A stretch of DNA of 28,814 nucleotides. Source: a virus. Its lineage: Duplodnaviria; Caudoviricetes. The notes beneath the pieces are model-generated. The model was not told where the DNA came from. It saw only the letters and a list, made by a program, of their open reading frames with translations, and did no database searches. The position numbers and the translations under genes are program-made. The stretch is taken from positions 1-28,814 of the IMG/VR virus record IMGVR_UViG_3300025835_000030, one strand, 5' to 3'. This document shows positions 9,166-17,422 of this stretch, piece by piece (within the stretch, counting starts at the first letter, position 1; every line of letters starts with the position of its first letter).

Positions 9166-10191
9166 TTATGCTGCAGTACCAGATACGATAGCACCTTGAC
9201 CTTTTAAGCTTGTAGGTATAGCAATAAAGTACAATCTAAAGCCAACAACGGTCTCTCTATTTTGAGGATCGGTATCGGCAGTTTTCATATATCTTGTCAC
9301 AGTACCTCTAGCTTTAGCAGTTCGTTGTGCTAAGAAGAATATAGAAGCATTCACACCAGGTGTAGCACTTCCAAAAGGAATTTTTGCCAAAGTGGTACCG
9401 TCATAAACAGGGCTATAAATATCTTCATAGATTTCAAAACTGTAATAGTTTTTTGCAATTGCTCCGGTTAGATGGTTTTGATATTGCACATTTAGAGCCT
9501 TATCTTCTAACAGTAAATCGGCTACGTGTTCAGGGCAAAGCACCAATACACGACCATTTAATGGAATTTTGAGCAAGTCTAAAGTCGATTTATAAGCAAT
9601 CAAATCGGCGCTAGTTAAACGTTTTCTTGTGCCGACACCACCTAAAGCAGCTCCAGTCGTTACTAAAATTGGCGTATCGGCTGTATTGGCAACTGGTGCT
9701 AAACTATGTAAGGCGTGTTCTTGAGTTCGTTCCTCTAAAGTCAAACGATGTTGTTCTTGCACACTGCCAACTTTATCATAAGGTAAAGCGTTTAGTTCGT
9801 CATCAGTTATTTTGGTATTGGTAGTATCATACTTAAATAAAGAAATTGCGGTACTGGTATCTGTACGTGAAGTTACAGCAATAGGGTATGTATTATTATC
9901 AATTAATACCGTTGGATCTGCACCAATTTCGTTAAGTTTAATGACGTCGTTGCCTACCCATTGGTTTTTACTGGGCACACGGTCTAGCCAAGTGCCTGCA
10001 TGGCGAAAATGTAATATCAATTCACGTTCAGCCAACTCGTTTTTGGCGACGGCGGCAAACGCCATACTTGGCGCGCCATTATTCAACACTTCTAAGCTGT
10101 TGGTAGCTAAATCGTGATTGTTGGTGCTAAATGCATATCCGGTAATACCGATAAACAAGAGTGCTAAAATAATTTTAAAGAGCTTTTTCAT
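9166..10191 (-). CDS. Major capsid protein, with a hydrophobic N-terminal leader
   Basis: 341 aa directly downstream of the protease/scaffold; IPLNGRVLVLCPEHVADLL and FEIYE resemble HK97-fold capsid segments. Confidence 0.8.
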   Translation of the reverse strand: MKKLFKIILALLFIGITGYAFSTNNHDLATNSLEVLNNGAPSMAFAAVAKNELAERELILHFRHAGTWLDRVPSKNQWVGNDVIKLNEIGADPTVLIDNNTYPIAVTSRTDTSTAISLFKYDTTNTKITDDELNALPYDKVGSVQEQHRLTLEERTQEHALHSLAPVANTADTPILVTTGAALGGVGTRKRLTSADLIAYKSTLDLLKIPLNGRVLVLCPEHVADLLLEDKALNVQYQNHLTGAIAKNYYSFEIYEDIYSPVYDGTTLAKIPFGSATPGVNASIFFLAQRTAKARGTVTRYMKTADTDPQNRETVVGFRLYFIAIPTSLKGQGAIVSGTAA

Positions 10192-10214
10192 AATTTCTAT
10201 TTTTCTATTTTTGA

Positions 10215-11333
10215 TTAGTTTTTTTTGTAATGCGCATCAATTAATTCTACTTGAACAGCAGCATCTAATTCTTCAAATGCTTTGGAGTCTTTTTCTTGAT
10301 AATCGGCATAAGTCCATTTATCACGACCTTCGGTTTCGCCTTTGGTACCGGGTTCAAAAATGTCAGAGATAGCTTTAATTGATGGCGCATCTTTTAAAAA
10401 TGCTTCTAAAGCTTCCAGTTCCATAGCCTCTAAATGAGGGCGTTGTTTTGCGGTAATTTTTTTAGCTACTTCAGCAGCATCTAAAACCGTTTTTTTCTTT
10501 GCTGCCACATCAACTTTAGCCTTATCGGCGGCGGCTTGTACAAGAGCATCGCTCTGCGTGGCTTTGGTTTTAAGCTCAGCTAACTTGGCGTTGACTTGAG
10601 CTTGAGTTGCGTCAGATGGTAGTCCAATCATAACGGCTAATACAGGTAATTCCATAGTTTTATTTTTGTTTTGATTATTCTCAATTTTTGGGATATTTGG
10701 TGCGCCACAGGCAACTAATTGCAAGCGACTTTCGGCATTAATAGGTTCATCGGTAGGTTCAATTGCATCAATCAGTCCTTTTTTAAGGGCTTCTTGAGCA
10801 GTCATCCAATAATCGCCTTTCATCCAAAGGTTTTCAATTTCTTGTTCAGTAATACCCATTTTAGAGGCATAAGCCGATTTGTAATCCTGAGTCATATTTT
10901 GGATTAATTTCAAACCTGCAGCTATCTCATCTTCATTCCCCGATGGATTGCCCATTGGTTTATGAATCATAAATTGGCTGTTTCGTTTGGCTGTACTGTG
11001 CCATTGGGTTAAAAAGTAGGTTCCAGCCGATGCGGCTACGGCTCCAACTTTTACGGTAACATCAGTAAAATTGTCTTTAACAAGGTTTACAATTTCGTTA
11101 GCCTCAAAGCAATCGCCACCTGGTGTGTTAATATATAGTTCGGCTTTGGTTATGCCGTCCTTTTTAAAACCCTTAATAGCTGCTTCAATATCAACACTAG
11201 AGGCCGTATTCCATCGATAGATAGAACCTTTTATACCGAGATAAGCAATTTTATCTTTAACAACAGCCGTTATCTCAAGCGGTGTGCGTTTATTTTCGGC
11301 ATAGGCCATAATTGTAAATGATGGTTTTTTCAT
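10215..11333 (-). CDS. ClpP-like (S14) head maturation protease with C-terminal scaffold
   Basis: LYINTPGGD, GAVAASAGT (Ser), FMIHKP (His), DYWMTAQEALKKGLIDAI; Ala/Lys-rich C-terminus; start placed at 11333 (or 11309) rather than 11519. Confidence 0.9.
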   Translation of the reverse strand: MKKPSFTIMAYAENKRTPLEITAVVKDKIAYLGIKGSIYRWNTASSVDIEAAIKGFKKDGITKAELYINTPGGDCFEANEIVNLVKDNFTDVTVKVGAVAASAGTYFLTQWHSTAKRNSQFMIHKPMGNPSGNEDEIAAGLKLIQNMTQDYKSAYASKMGITEQEIENLWMKGDYWMTAQEALKKGLIDAIEPTDEPINAESRLQLVACGAPNIPKIENNQNKNKTMELPVLAVMIGLPSDATQAQVNAKLAELKTKATQSDALVQAAADKAKVDVAAKKKTVLDAAEVAKKITAKQRPHLEAMELEALEAFLKDAPSIKAISDIFEPGTKGETEGRDKWTYADYQEKDSKAFEELDAAVQVELIDAHYKKN

Positions 11334-11343
11334 ATTCAAAAGG

Positions 11344-11495
11344 CAAAATTGCATGATGCTTTCTATAAATGAAAATTTCAATCCCATGATGGTAAGCATA
11401 CGTCCCATGATGGTAAGCATACGCCCCATGATGGTAAGCATACGTCCCATGATGGTACAAGAATTTAGAAATTGAAACCATTTATTACAATTTTG
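11344..11495. promoter_or_regulatory. Divergent late promoter region: two CAATTTTG -7-like elements (11351-11344 minus; 11488-11495 plus)
   Basis: Each is one mismatch from Bacteroidota TAnnTTTG, lies 10-12 nt before an ATG and 32 bp from the nearest repeat core. Confidence 0.6.
11382..11457. repeat. 21-bp tandem repeat, 3.6 copies, YCCCATGATGGTAAGCATACG
   Basis: Units at 11382, 11403, 11424 and 11445 (partial); core CCATgATGG is an interrupted palindrome. Confidence 0.97.
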
Positions 11496-11507
11496 TACCA
11501 TTATATT

Positions 11508-12002
11508 ATGGCTAAACAAAACGAACGCAGACTGGCAAAAGAATTGCTACTGCAAGGGAATAATCAAAAAGAAATTGCCCGGATGGTTAAAGTTCAAGAA
11601 AAGACCATCAGTCAATGGGTTAAAAAATATGGGTGGAACGAAGAGCGTGATGCACGGTTTAACAGTGCCAATACTCAAATTTTGAGTTTAAAAAAACTCA
11701 TCGGCCGTTTAACCGAACAACGCTTAACACTTATCCGAAAAATGGAAACTGCAATAGCTAATGATAACCTTGAGGAACATGATGCATTGCAATACAAAGC
11801 CAATCGTTTAGCTGATGAAGTCTCTAAATACAATAAAGCTTTGTTGTCTATTGACAAAGAAAATAAAATCTCTTTGTCGGTTTACCTCGATGTTATGGAT
11901 AGCATCTTTAAAGCCGTTCAAGTTTACAGTCCTGCATTGTATATGTCGCTACTTGACTTTCAAGAGCAACACCTTAGTGATATCAGTTTAAAAATTGGAT
12001 AA
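11508..12002 (+). CDS. Terminase small subunit (N-terminal HTH)
   Basis: AKELLLQGNNQKEIARMVKVQEKTISQWVKKYGW HTH then coiled coil; upstream of terL; ATG at 11508 preferred. Confidence 0.75.
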   Translation: MAKQNERRLAKELLLQGNNQKEIARMVKVQEKTISQWVKKYGWNEERDARFNSANTQILSLKKLIGRLTEQRLTLIRKMETAIANDNLEEHDALQYKANRLADEVSKYNKALLSIDKENKISLSVYLDVMDSIFKAVQVYSPALYMSLLDFQEQHLSDISLKIG

Positions 12003-12319
12003 TGAGTAACAGAAAAAAAATACCGTTTAAACAGCGTTTAAATGCTTGGTTAGACTTTAGAAAAAAGATGTTTCAGCTTTGGTGGTACGATGCACCGGCA
12101 TATCAAAAAAATTTAGAAAAAGGCATTTATTATTTGCGAAAAGGTGCCGTGTATCAGGTAGGGCAACCTTTTACTGTAATTGAACCAATTACCAAGCGTA
12201 GGCGATTTCGTTACATCAGCAACCTGTTCTACAATTTTAAGCTAAATAAAGTCACGCATTCTTTTTCGCGCCAACCTATTGAGGGTCATTCCGAATTTTT
12301 TACCAAACCAAAAAAATAA
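12002..12319 (+). CDS. Hypothetical basic protein between the terminase subunits
   Basis: 105 aa, translationally coupled (TAATG). Confidence 0.55.
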   Translation: MSNRKKIPFKQRLNAWLDFRKKMFQLWWYDAPAYQKNLEKGIYYLRKGAVYQVGQPFTVIEPITKRRRFRYISNLFYNFKLNKVTHSFSRQPIEGHSEFFTKPKK

Positions 12320-12321
12320 CA

Positions 12322-13839
12322 TTGAAACAACAGGATAAAATAGCGCTGCAAAGGTACCAGGACAAAATTAAACTCATCCGTAGTTCGGGAGGAGTCATTA
12401 ATCCCGATGAAACCAAAGCCGATAAATTGGCGCGTATTGAACGTGCCAAAAAAGATGTGCGCTTTATGGTTCAGTACTACTTCCCACACTATGCTACTTC
12501 AGAGAGCGCCAACTTTCAAATTGAGTTTGCCAATATGGTTAAAAAGAATCCAACCTTTAAAGGCTTTTGTGAATGGGGTCGCGCGCTTTCAAAATCTGTT
12601 TGGAATGATATTATAATCCCTTTTTGGCTGTGGATAAATGGAGAACCAGTATATTTAGTTCTAATTGGAAACTCCCAAAAAAGAGCACAACAATTATTGG
12701 AAGATATTAAAGCTGAGTTTGAGGGAAATCCTAGAATAATTGGCGATTTTGGAGAGCAACAAAACCAAGGCTCTTGGGAAGATGGGTTTTTTATTACAAG
12801 AGGTGGGTTTATAGGTCAGGCTTTGGGAACAGGACAAAGTGTAAGAGGCTTACGTGTAGGTAGTAAACGACCAACTCACATTGTGCCAGATGATATTGAA
12901 ATTAAGGACACAATTAAAAACCCTAAACGTCAAATGGAAATTGTGAAGTGGATTGAAGGCGATTTAATCCCTACAATGGACGGAGATATTCGGCGGTTTA
13001 TTCAGGCGAATAATAAAGCCTATCCGGTAATGATTCAAACACTTTTACAGGAGCGCCACCCCACGTGGAAAATCCATGGTATTAAGGCCTACAACCCTGT
13101 AACCTATGAGCCAACATGGTATCAAAAATATGATAGCGAGTATTATAAAAATATTGAATCTGATATTGGCCGATTAGCTGCTTTGGCTGAGTACAATAAT
13201 GAGCCACATATTGAAGGAAGTATCTTTTTAGAGGAACACATTCAATGGGCAGAATTACCTAAATTAAACCACTTTAAAATTATCATAGGTCATTGGGATG
13301 TTGCTTTTGCAGGTTCTGCTACTTCCGATTTTAACGCCGTTAAAGTTTGGGGTTTAAAAAACGCCGACTTCTTTTTAATAGATAGTTTTGTTAAGCGCAG
13401 TAAAATGCGCGCGCCTATTGTTTGGATGTGCCAATTTCAAAAAACGCTACCCGAAACCGTCATCATTCATTGGCGGTTTGAAGCGCAATTTTGGAATGAT
13501 GAGATCGAGAGAACCATAGCTGAAGTAGAAGCTGAATTCGGCATTAAACTCAATATTATTAAAGTTAATATACCAAAGGTTAAAAAGTTTGATCGGATGT
13601 TAACAATGCATCCATACTATCAAAATGGACGTATTTATTACAACCTTAAAAAGAAGAGTCATAACGATACTTTGGTGGGCATCTCTCAGTTATTGGGCTT
13701 AGAACCCGGTTATAGAACCAATGATGATTCTCCAGATTCCGATGAACAATGTATCACCGAATTAAGTAAATATATATACAGTTCGCGCGGGGCTACAAAG
13801 CCCGTAACGGGCAGATATCAACGACCACAAAGTTTTTAA
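12322..13839 (+). CDS. Terminase large subunit
   Basis: Walker A-like WGRALSKS, GQSVRGLRVGSKRPTHIVPDDIE (Walker B), nuclease motifs GHWDVAF, SDFNAV, DDSPD; TTG start. Confidence 0.88.
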   Translation: MKQQDKIALQRYQDKIKLIRSSGGVINPDETKADKLARIERAKKDVRFMVQYYFPHYATSESANFQIEFANMVKKNPTFKGFCEWGRALSKSVWNDIIIPFWLWINGEPVYLVLIGNSQKRAQQLLEDIKAEFEGNPRIIGDFGEQQNQGSWEDGFFITRGGFIGQALGTGQSVRGLRVGSKRPTHIVPDDIEIKDTIKNPKRQMEIVKWIEGDLIPTMDGDIRRFIQANNKAYPVMIQTLLQERHPTWKIHGIKAYNPVTYEPTWYQKYDSEYYKNIESDIGRLAALAEYNNEPHIEGSIFLEEHIQWAELPKLNHFKIIIGHWDVAFAGSATSDFNAVKVWGLKNADFFLIDSFVKRSKMRAPIVWMCQFQKTLPETVIIHWRFEAQFWNDEIERTIAEVEAEFGIKLNIIKVNIPKVKKFDRMLTMHPYYQNGRIYYNLKKKSHNDTLVGISQLLGLEPGYRTNDDSPDSDEQCITELSKYIYSSRGATKPVTGRYQRPQSF

Positions 13840-13841
13840 TT

Positions 13842-14273
13842 ATGGCATATAAATTTTTAATTGCAGCAGATCTACAGGCACATATAATCGACCAGTTTTT
13901 GACTGAGCGTAGCGCAGAACCACAAACCGCAATACTAGAGACTTTAGAAGCTCAAAATATTGAAATTATCAAAGCTAAGCTTAAGGGTAGATTTGATGTG
14001 GTCGCCATTTTTAATACTACCGGTGCAGACCGACATTATTTGATTATTAAAATATTAGTCAAATTAGTATTGTACGACTTCATCCGCCGTAATGCATCGC
14101 GTAAAGTACCTACCGATTATGTAAATGAATGGGAATGGGCAATGAAATTACTTGAGCAAATAAAAGCCGGTAAAGAAGTGCCTGATGGTTTGCCAATTCC
14201 GTTAGATGCCAATGGCGATTCCACCGTGTCATTAATGTACGGCAATAACAAAAATACTGATTATTACATCTAA
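13842..14273 (+). CDS. Head-tail adaptor, Mu gp36/DUF1320-like
   Basis: L.GRFDV..IF, LVLYDF, AMKLLEQIKAGK..PDGLP pattern; between terL and portal. Confidence 0.75.
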   Translation: MAYKFLIAADLQAHIIDQFLTERSAEPQTAILETLEAQNIEIIKAKLKGRFDVVAIFNTTGADRHYLIIKILVKLVLYDFIRRNASRKVPTDYVNEWEWAMKLLEQIKAGKEVPDGLPIPLDANGDSTVSLMYGNNKNTDYYI

Positions 14274-14278
14274 ATATT

Positions 14279-15562
14279 ATGAGCAAAAGTTTTATAGATA
14301 AAGTTACCGATAGACTTCTAGGTTTTGTGCCAGACGGTCGCATAAAAGTTGAGGCTGCCAACCGTAGCGAAAACAAAGGCAAAGTTATTAGTGGCGAGAT
14401 TAAGCGCGCCTCAACCTTGTTTCAGGCTAAGACTTTAAAAGATTGGAAAAGTGCCATCGCATTGGCAACTGATTTTGATAACCAAAGTTTTTTGTTATTG
14501 GCTGAGCTCTACAATAATTTATTGTTAGATAGTCATACCGTTTCGGTTATTGAAAGCCGTATATATCGAGTATTACGCTCAAAATTTGTATTGGTAAATC
14601 AAGCTGGAGATGAAGTACCCGAAGTAAAAGCATTATTTGAGCGGCCTTGGTTTGAAGGCTTTTTAAAAGAGATTTTAATGTCAAAATTTACAGGCGTAAA
14701 AGTGATAGAAATTTTCCACGTAGACGAAATGTTAGAATTGGTTAAGACCCTAGCGATTCCGATGGAACACACCAACACTAAAAAGGGACTTATTTTAAAA
14801 CTTCCGGGTGATGCAGATGGTTGGGATTACCGTTCTGTTGTTTTAGAAAATTATTACTTGCAAATCGGCGAGAATACCGATTTAGGAATGTTGGCTACCA
14901 TTGCACCACTTATCCTGGCTAAAAAATTAGCAATGGGTAGTTGGTTAGACTTTATCGAAAAATTCGGTATTCCACCGCGATACGTAACAACTGATAATAT
15001 GACATTAACACGTCAAAATGAGTTGCTAGAAATGATGTTAGCTATGGTAAATAACCATGTTGCGGTTATTCAGGGTTCTGAAAAAATTGAAATAGCAAAC
15101 ACGCCCAATACCGATGCCTATAAAGTGTTTGACGAAATGATTTTAAGGATTAACTCCGAAATTTCTAAGCGTATTTTAGGCCAAGATGGTACTAGTGATA
15201 ATAAAGACGCTTCCGGAACTTATGGCAGTTTAAAAGTGTTGCAAGGTGTGGCTAATGACCGTCACGAAAGCGATAAACTTTTCGCACAATACATCATTAA
15301 TAAAGAGCTGATACCAAGATTGGTTAATTTGAGCAGTTTTTATGCGCCACTCGCTGATTTAAAATTTGACTGGGATGAGAGCGAGGAAATGGAAAAAGGT
15401 GCGTTAATTGACAAAGCCGTGGCATTGGCAGGCGCAGGTTTTGAATTGGATTATGAGATATTGGCAAATAAAAGCGGTATGCCTATTATTGGATTCAACA
15501 ATAGCAATGCTACAATTCCGATTGACACATTAAAAAAAAAAAGCCTGAAACAAACGCCATAG
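14279..15562 (+). CDS. Portal protein, Mu gp29/DUF935-like
   Basis: LLDSH..SVIESR, WLDFIEKFGIP, NSEISKRILGQ, INKELIPRLV motifs. Confidence 0.92.
   Translation: MSKSFIDKVTDRLLGFVPDGRIKVEAANRSENKGKVISGEIKRASTLFQAKTLKDWKSAIALATDFDNQSFLLLAELYNNLLLDSHTVSVIESRIYRVLRSKFVLVNQAGDEVPEVKALFERPWFEGFLKEILMSKFTGVKVIEIFHVDEMLELVKTLAIPMEHTNTKKGLILKLPGDADGWDYRSVVLENYYLQIGENTDLGMLATIAPLILAKKLAMGSWLDFIEKFGIPPRYVTTDNMTLTRQNELLEMMLAMVNNHVAVIQGSEKIEIANTPNTDAYKVFDEMILRINSEISKRILGQDGTSDNKDASGTYGSLKVLQGVANDRHESDKLFAQYIINKELIPRLVNLSSFYAPLADLKFDWDESEEMEKGALIDKAVALAGAGFELDYEILANKSGMPIIGFNNSNATIPIDTLKKKSLKQTP
15532..15543 (+). other. A11G slippery run; candidate -1 frameshift/slippage site joining portal to MuF
   Basis: 11 consecutive A (15532-15542); the -1 frame is open from 15526 into ORF 15679..16791. 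Confidence 0.7.
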
Positions 15563-15678
15563 CCATAGCTTCGTTATTTAGCAGAATTAATGCACTTTAT
15601 CATGATGATGGATGCAAATGTACTAGTTGTGTACATAATGAAGTTGTAGCCGTTGATATTGAAAGCTGGATTAAATTA

Positions 15679-16791
15679 ATGGAACGTATCGCAAAAGATA
15701 CTTACGATGGCAAACTAAAGCGCGGTGACTTAGATTCTGCACATATTCAAAAAACTTATGACGAGCTGACTAATGCTGCAATCGACGGTGATAAAAATTG
15801 GCTTAAAGTAGCCAAAAGTACCGGAGCACCAAGTTTAACTTCTTTAAAAATGCAACAAAACCTATATTGGTTCTCTGGTGCTAAAGATTATACTATGCTT
15901 ACCGATTTAAATACAAGATTAGTTAAAGACGGTAAAATTCAGAATTGGAGTGCATTTAAAAAACAAGCCTTAGAACTAAATAAGACTTATAATGAAAATT
16001 ATTTAAAACGGGAGTGGAAAACTTCAAAACAATCTGCACTAATGGCTCAAAACTGGAGTGAATATGTTAGAAATCAAGATACATACAAAAATTTAAAATA
16101 CAAGACACAAGAAGATAATTTAGTAAGAGAAGCACATGTGCTTTTGAACAATATCATAAAACCTGTTAATGATCCTTGGTGGAAAACACATTACCCACCT
16201 AATGGTTATGGACCTTGTAGATGTTACGTCATTCAGACAAATGAAGCTGCAACCTCTGAACAGGATACGCCAATACTAAATAATAAAGATTTCCCTCCTG
16301 AATTTAGAACTAATGTCGGTGAAACCGGACAAACTTTTAAAGAGTCTACTGCCAATGGCGGTAAACCACATCCTTTTATTCAATTAGCAAAAGATACACC
16401 CGGTGTTGAAAAGAACGTCAACAAGCTATTTTTTAAATTAAATCAAACAAGGGCTGTGAAAATATTAGTTGATAAAACTACGAAGCATAGTGAACTTAGT
16501 AATGAAATAACATTCAATGCTACTTCTATTAGACACGCTTTTAATCAGCCACATAAAAATTATGCCATAAAGAATCAAATTTTACCTTTTATAAATACCG
16601 TAATTACAAAAGCCGAATATTTAGGATTTTCTACATATAAAAAAAATGATGCTTTTTCTGGTGCACACATTTTTAAAACAATTATAAACGATGACGAATC
16701 CTATATAATTGTAAGAGAAACTTGGGGTGGAAAACTTATTTTTTACAGTATTTCTGACAGCAAAAAGGTGGCTATTGATGCAAAAAAATAA
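15679..16791 (+). CDS. MuF (Mu gp30/SPP1 gp7-like) minor head protein with C-terminal extension, possibly a BECR-fold (LPD3/PBECR-like) RNase
   Basis: YKTQEDNLVREAH...DPWWKTHYPPNGYGPCRCYV MuF signature; last ~110 aa EITFNATSIRHAF...IIVRETWGGKLIFYSISD; frame open upstream to 15526. Confidence 0.85.
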   Translation: MERIAKDTYDGKLKRGDLDSAHIQKTYDELTNAAIDGDKNWLKVAKSTGAPSLTSLKMQQNLYWFSGAKDYTMLTDLNTRLVKDGKIQNWSAFKKQALELNKTYNENYLKREWKTSKQSALMAQNWSEYVRNQDTYKNLKYKTQEDNLVREAHVLLNNIIKPVNDPWWKTHYPPNGYGPCRCYVIQTNEAATSEQDTPILNNKDFPPEFRTNVGETGQTFKESTANGGKPHPFIQLAKDTPGVEKNVNKLFFKLNQTRAVKILVDKTTKHSELSNEITFNATSIRHAFNQPHKNYAIKNQILPFINTVITKAEYLGFSTYKKNDAFSGAHIFKTIINDDESYIIVRETWGGKLIFYSISDSKKVAIDAKK

Positions 16792-16847
16792 CCAATTAAG
16801 CCGATACCACCAAATCTACAATTTGGCGCCGTTCTTAATTGGTTACT
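16782..16847 (-). ncRNA. Predicted ~65-nt small RNA with a tRNA-Tyr(GUA) anticodon-stem-loop-like apex
   Basis: TATCTTTG promoter directly upstream, 12-bp perfect closing stem, U7 tail, apical CCAAA-UUGUAGA-UUUGG; 5' end estimated. Confidence 0.55.
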
Positions 16848-16851
16848 CATG

Positions 16852-16859
16852 CAAAGATA
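16852..16859 (-). promoter_or_regulatory. Bacteroidota sigma70 -7 element TATCTTTG, antisense to the late operon
   Basis: Exact TAnnTTTG in an AT-rich intergenic gap; no clear -33 TTTG. Confidence 0.6.
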
Positions 16860-16886
16860 AAAATTAATTTTAATTATAACTTATAA

Positions 16887-17420
16887 ATGGAAAAGAAATT
16901 TGAATCTCCCAATTTTAGAAAAATAGCCGAAAAAGTTTTGGCTGGCTTGCCTGATGACATTGGAAAAGAGGCTAGAGCATTTTTTTTAAAGAGTTTTATT
17001 AAAGAGGGTTTCACCGATATTTCATTTATTGCCTGGCCCAAACGCCAAGATACATTAACACAAAAATTATTAAGTCAAAGTTTACAATTGCGCAATAGCA
17101 TAAAAGTAGAACGTGCCGATATGCGCCAAGTAGTTGTAAGTGCAGGCGAAGGGTTACCTTATGCCGAAATACACAATAATGGCGGTACCATTTTAGTTAG
17201 TGTAACTCCTAAAATGCGTAAATTTTTCTGGTTTATGTTTAAAAAAACAGGCAATATAAAATACAAATGGATGGCACTTACCAAAAAAGAGCAATTATCC
17301 ATTCACATACCACAACGGCAATTTATAGGCGAAAGTTTTACGCTTGATAAAAAAATTGATGCACTTGCCATTGCGCGCATTATCAAAGAACAAAAGAATT
17401 TAAACTTTAAAACAATATAA
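16887..17420 (+). CDS. Virion morphogenesis/tail completion protein (Mu gpG/P2 gpS-like)
   Basis: F..EGF....WP.R, L..S.QLRNSI, PYAEIHNNGG, IPQRQFIG. Confidence 0.85.
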   Translation: MEKKFESPNFRKIAEKVLAGLPDDIGKEARAFFLKSFIKEGFTDISFIAWPKRQDTLTQKLLSQSLQLRNSIKVERADMRQVVVSAGEGLPYAEIHNNGGTILVSVTPKMRKFFWFMFKKTGNIKYKWMALTKKEQLSIHIPQRQFIGESFTLDKKIDALAIARIIKEQKNLNFKTI

Positions 17421-17422
17421 CT

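Noticed and set aside
739-10907. Plus-strand and alternate-frame ORFs in the tail/head operon (e.g. 3799..4152, 4180..4656, 7863..8168, 9812..10117)
   Set aside because: Shadow ORFs overlapping well-supported minus-strand genes, with no motifs
11382-11457. CRISPR array
   Set aside because: Repeats are head-to-tail with no spacers, and there are no cas genes
11290-11519. Peptide repeats TIMGRML (N-terminal extension of the protease ORF) and YHHGTYA (ORF 11290..11481)
   Set aside because: By-products of a 21-bp (multiple of 3) DNA repeat in the divergent promoter region; better starts exist at 11333 and 11508
16792-16886. Protein immunity gene for the MuF C-terminal domain
   Set aside because: The gap is 95 bp with no credible ORF; the next gene is a gpG-like structural gene
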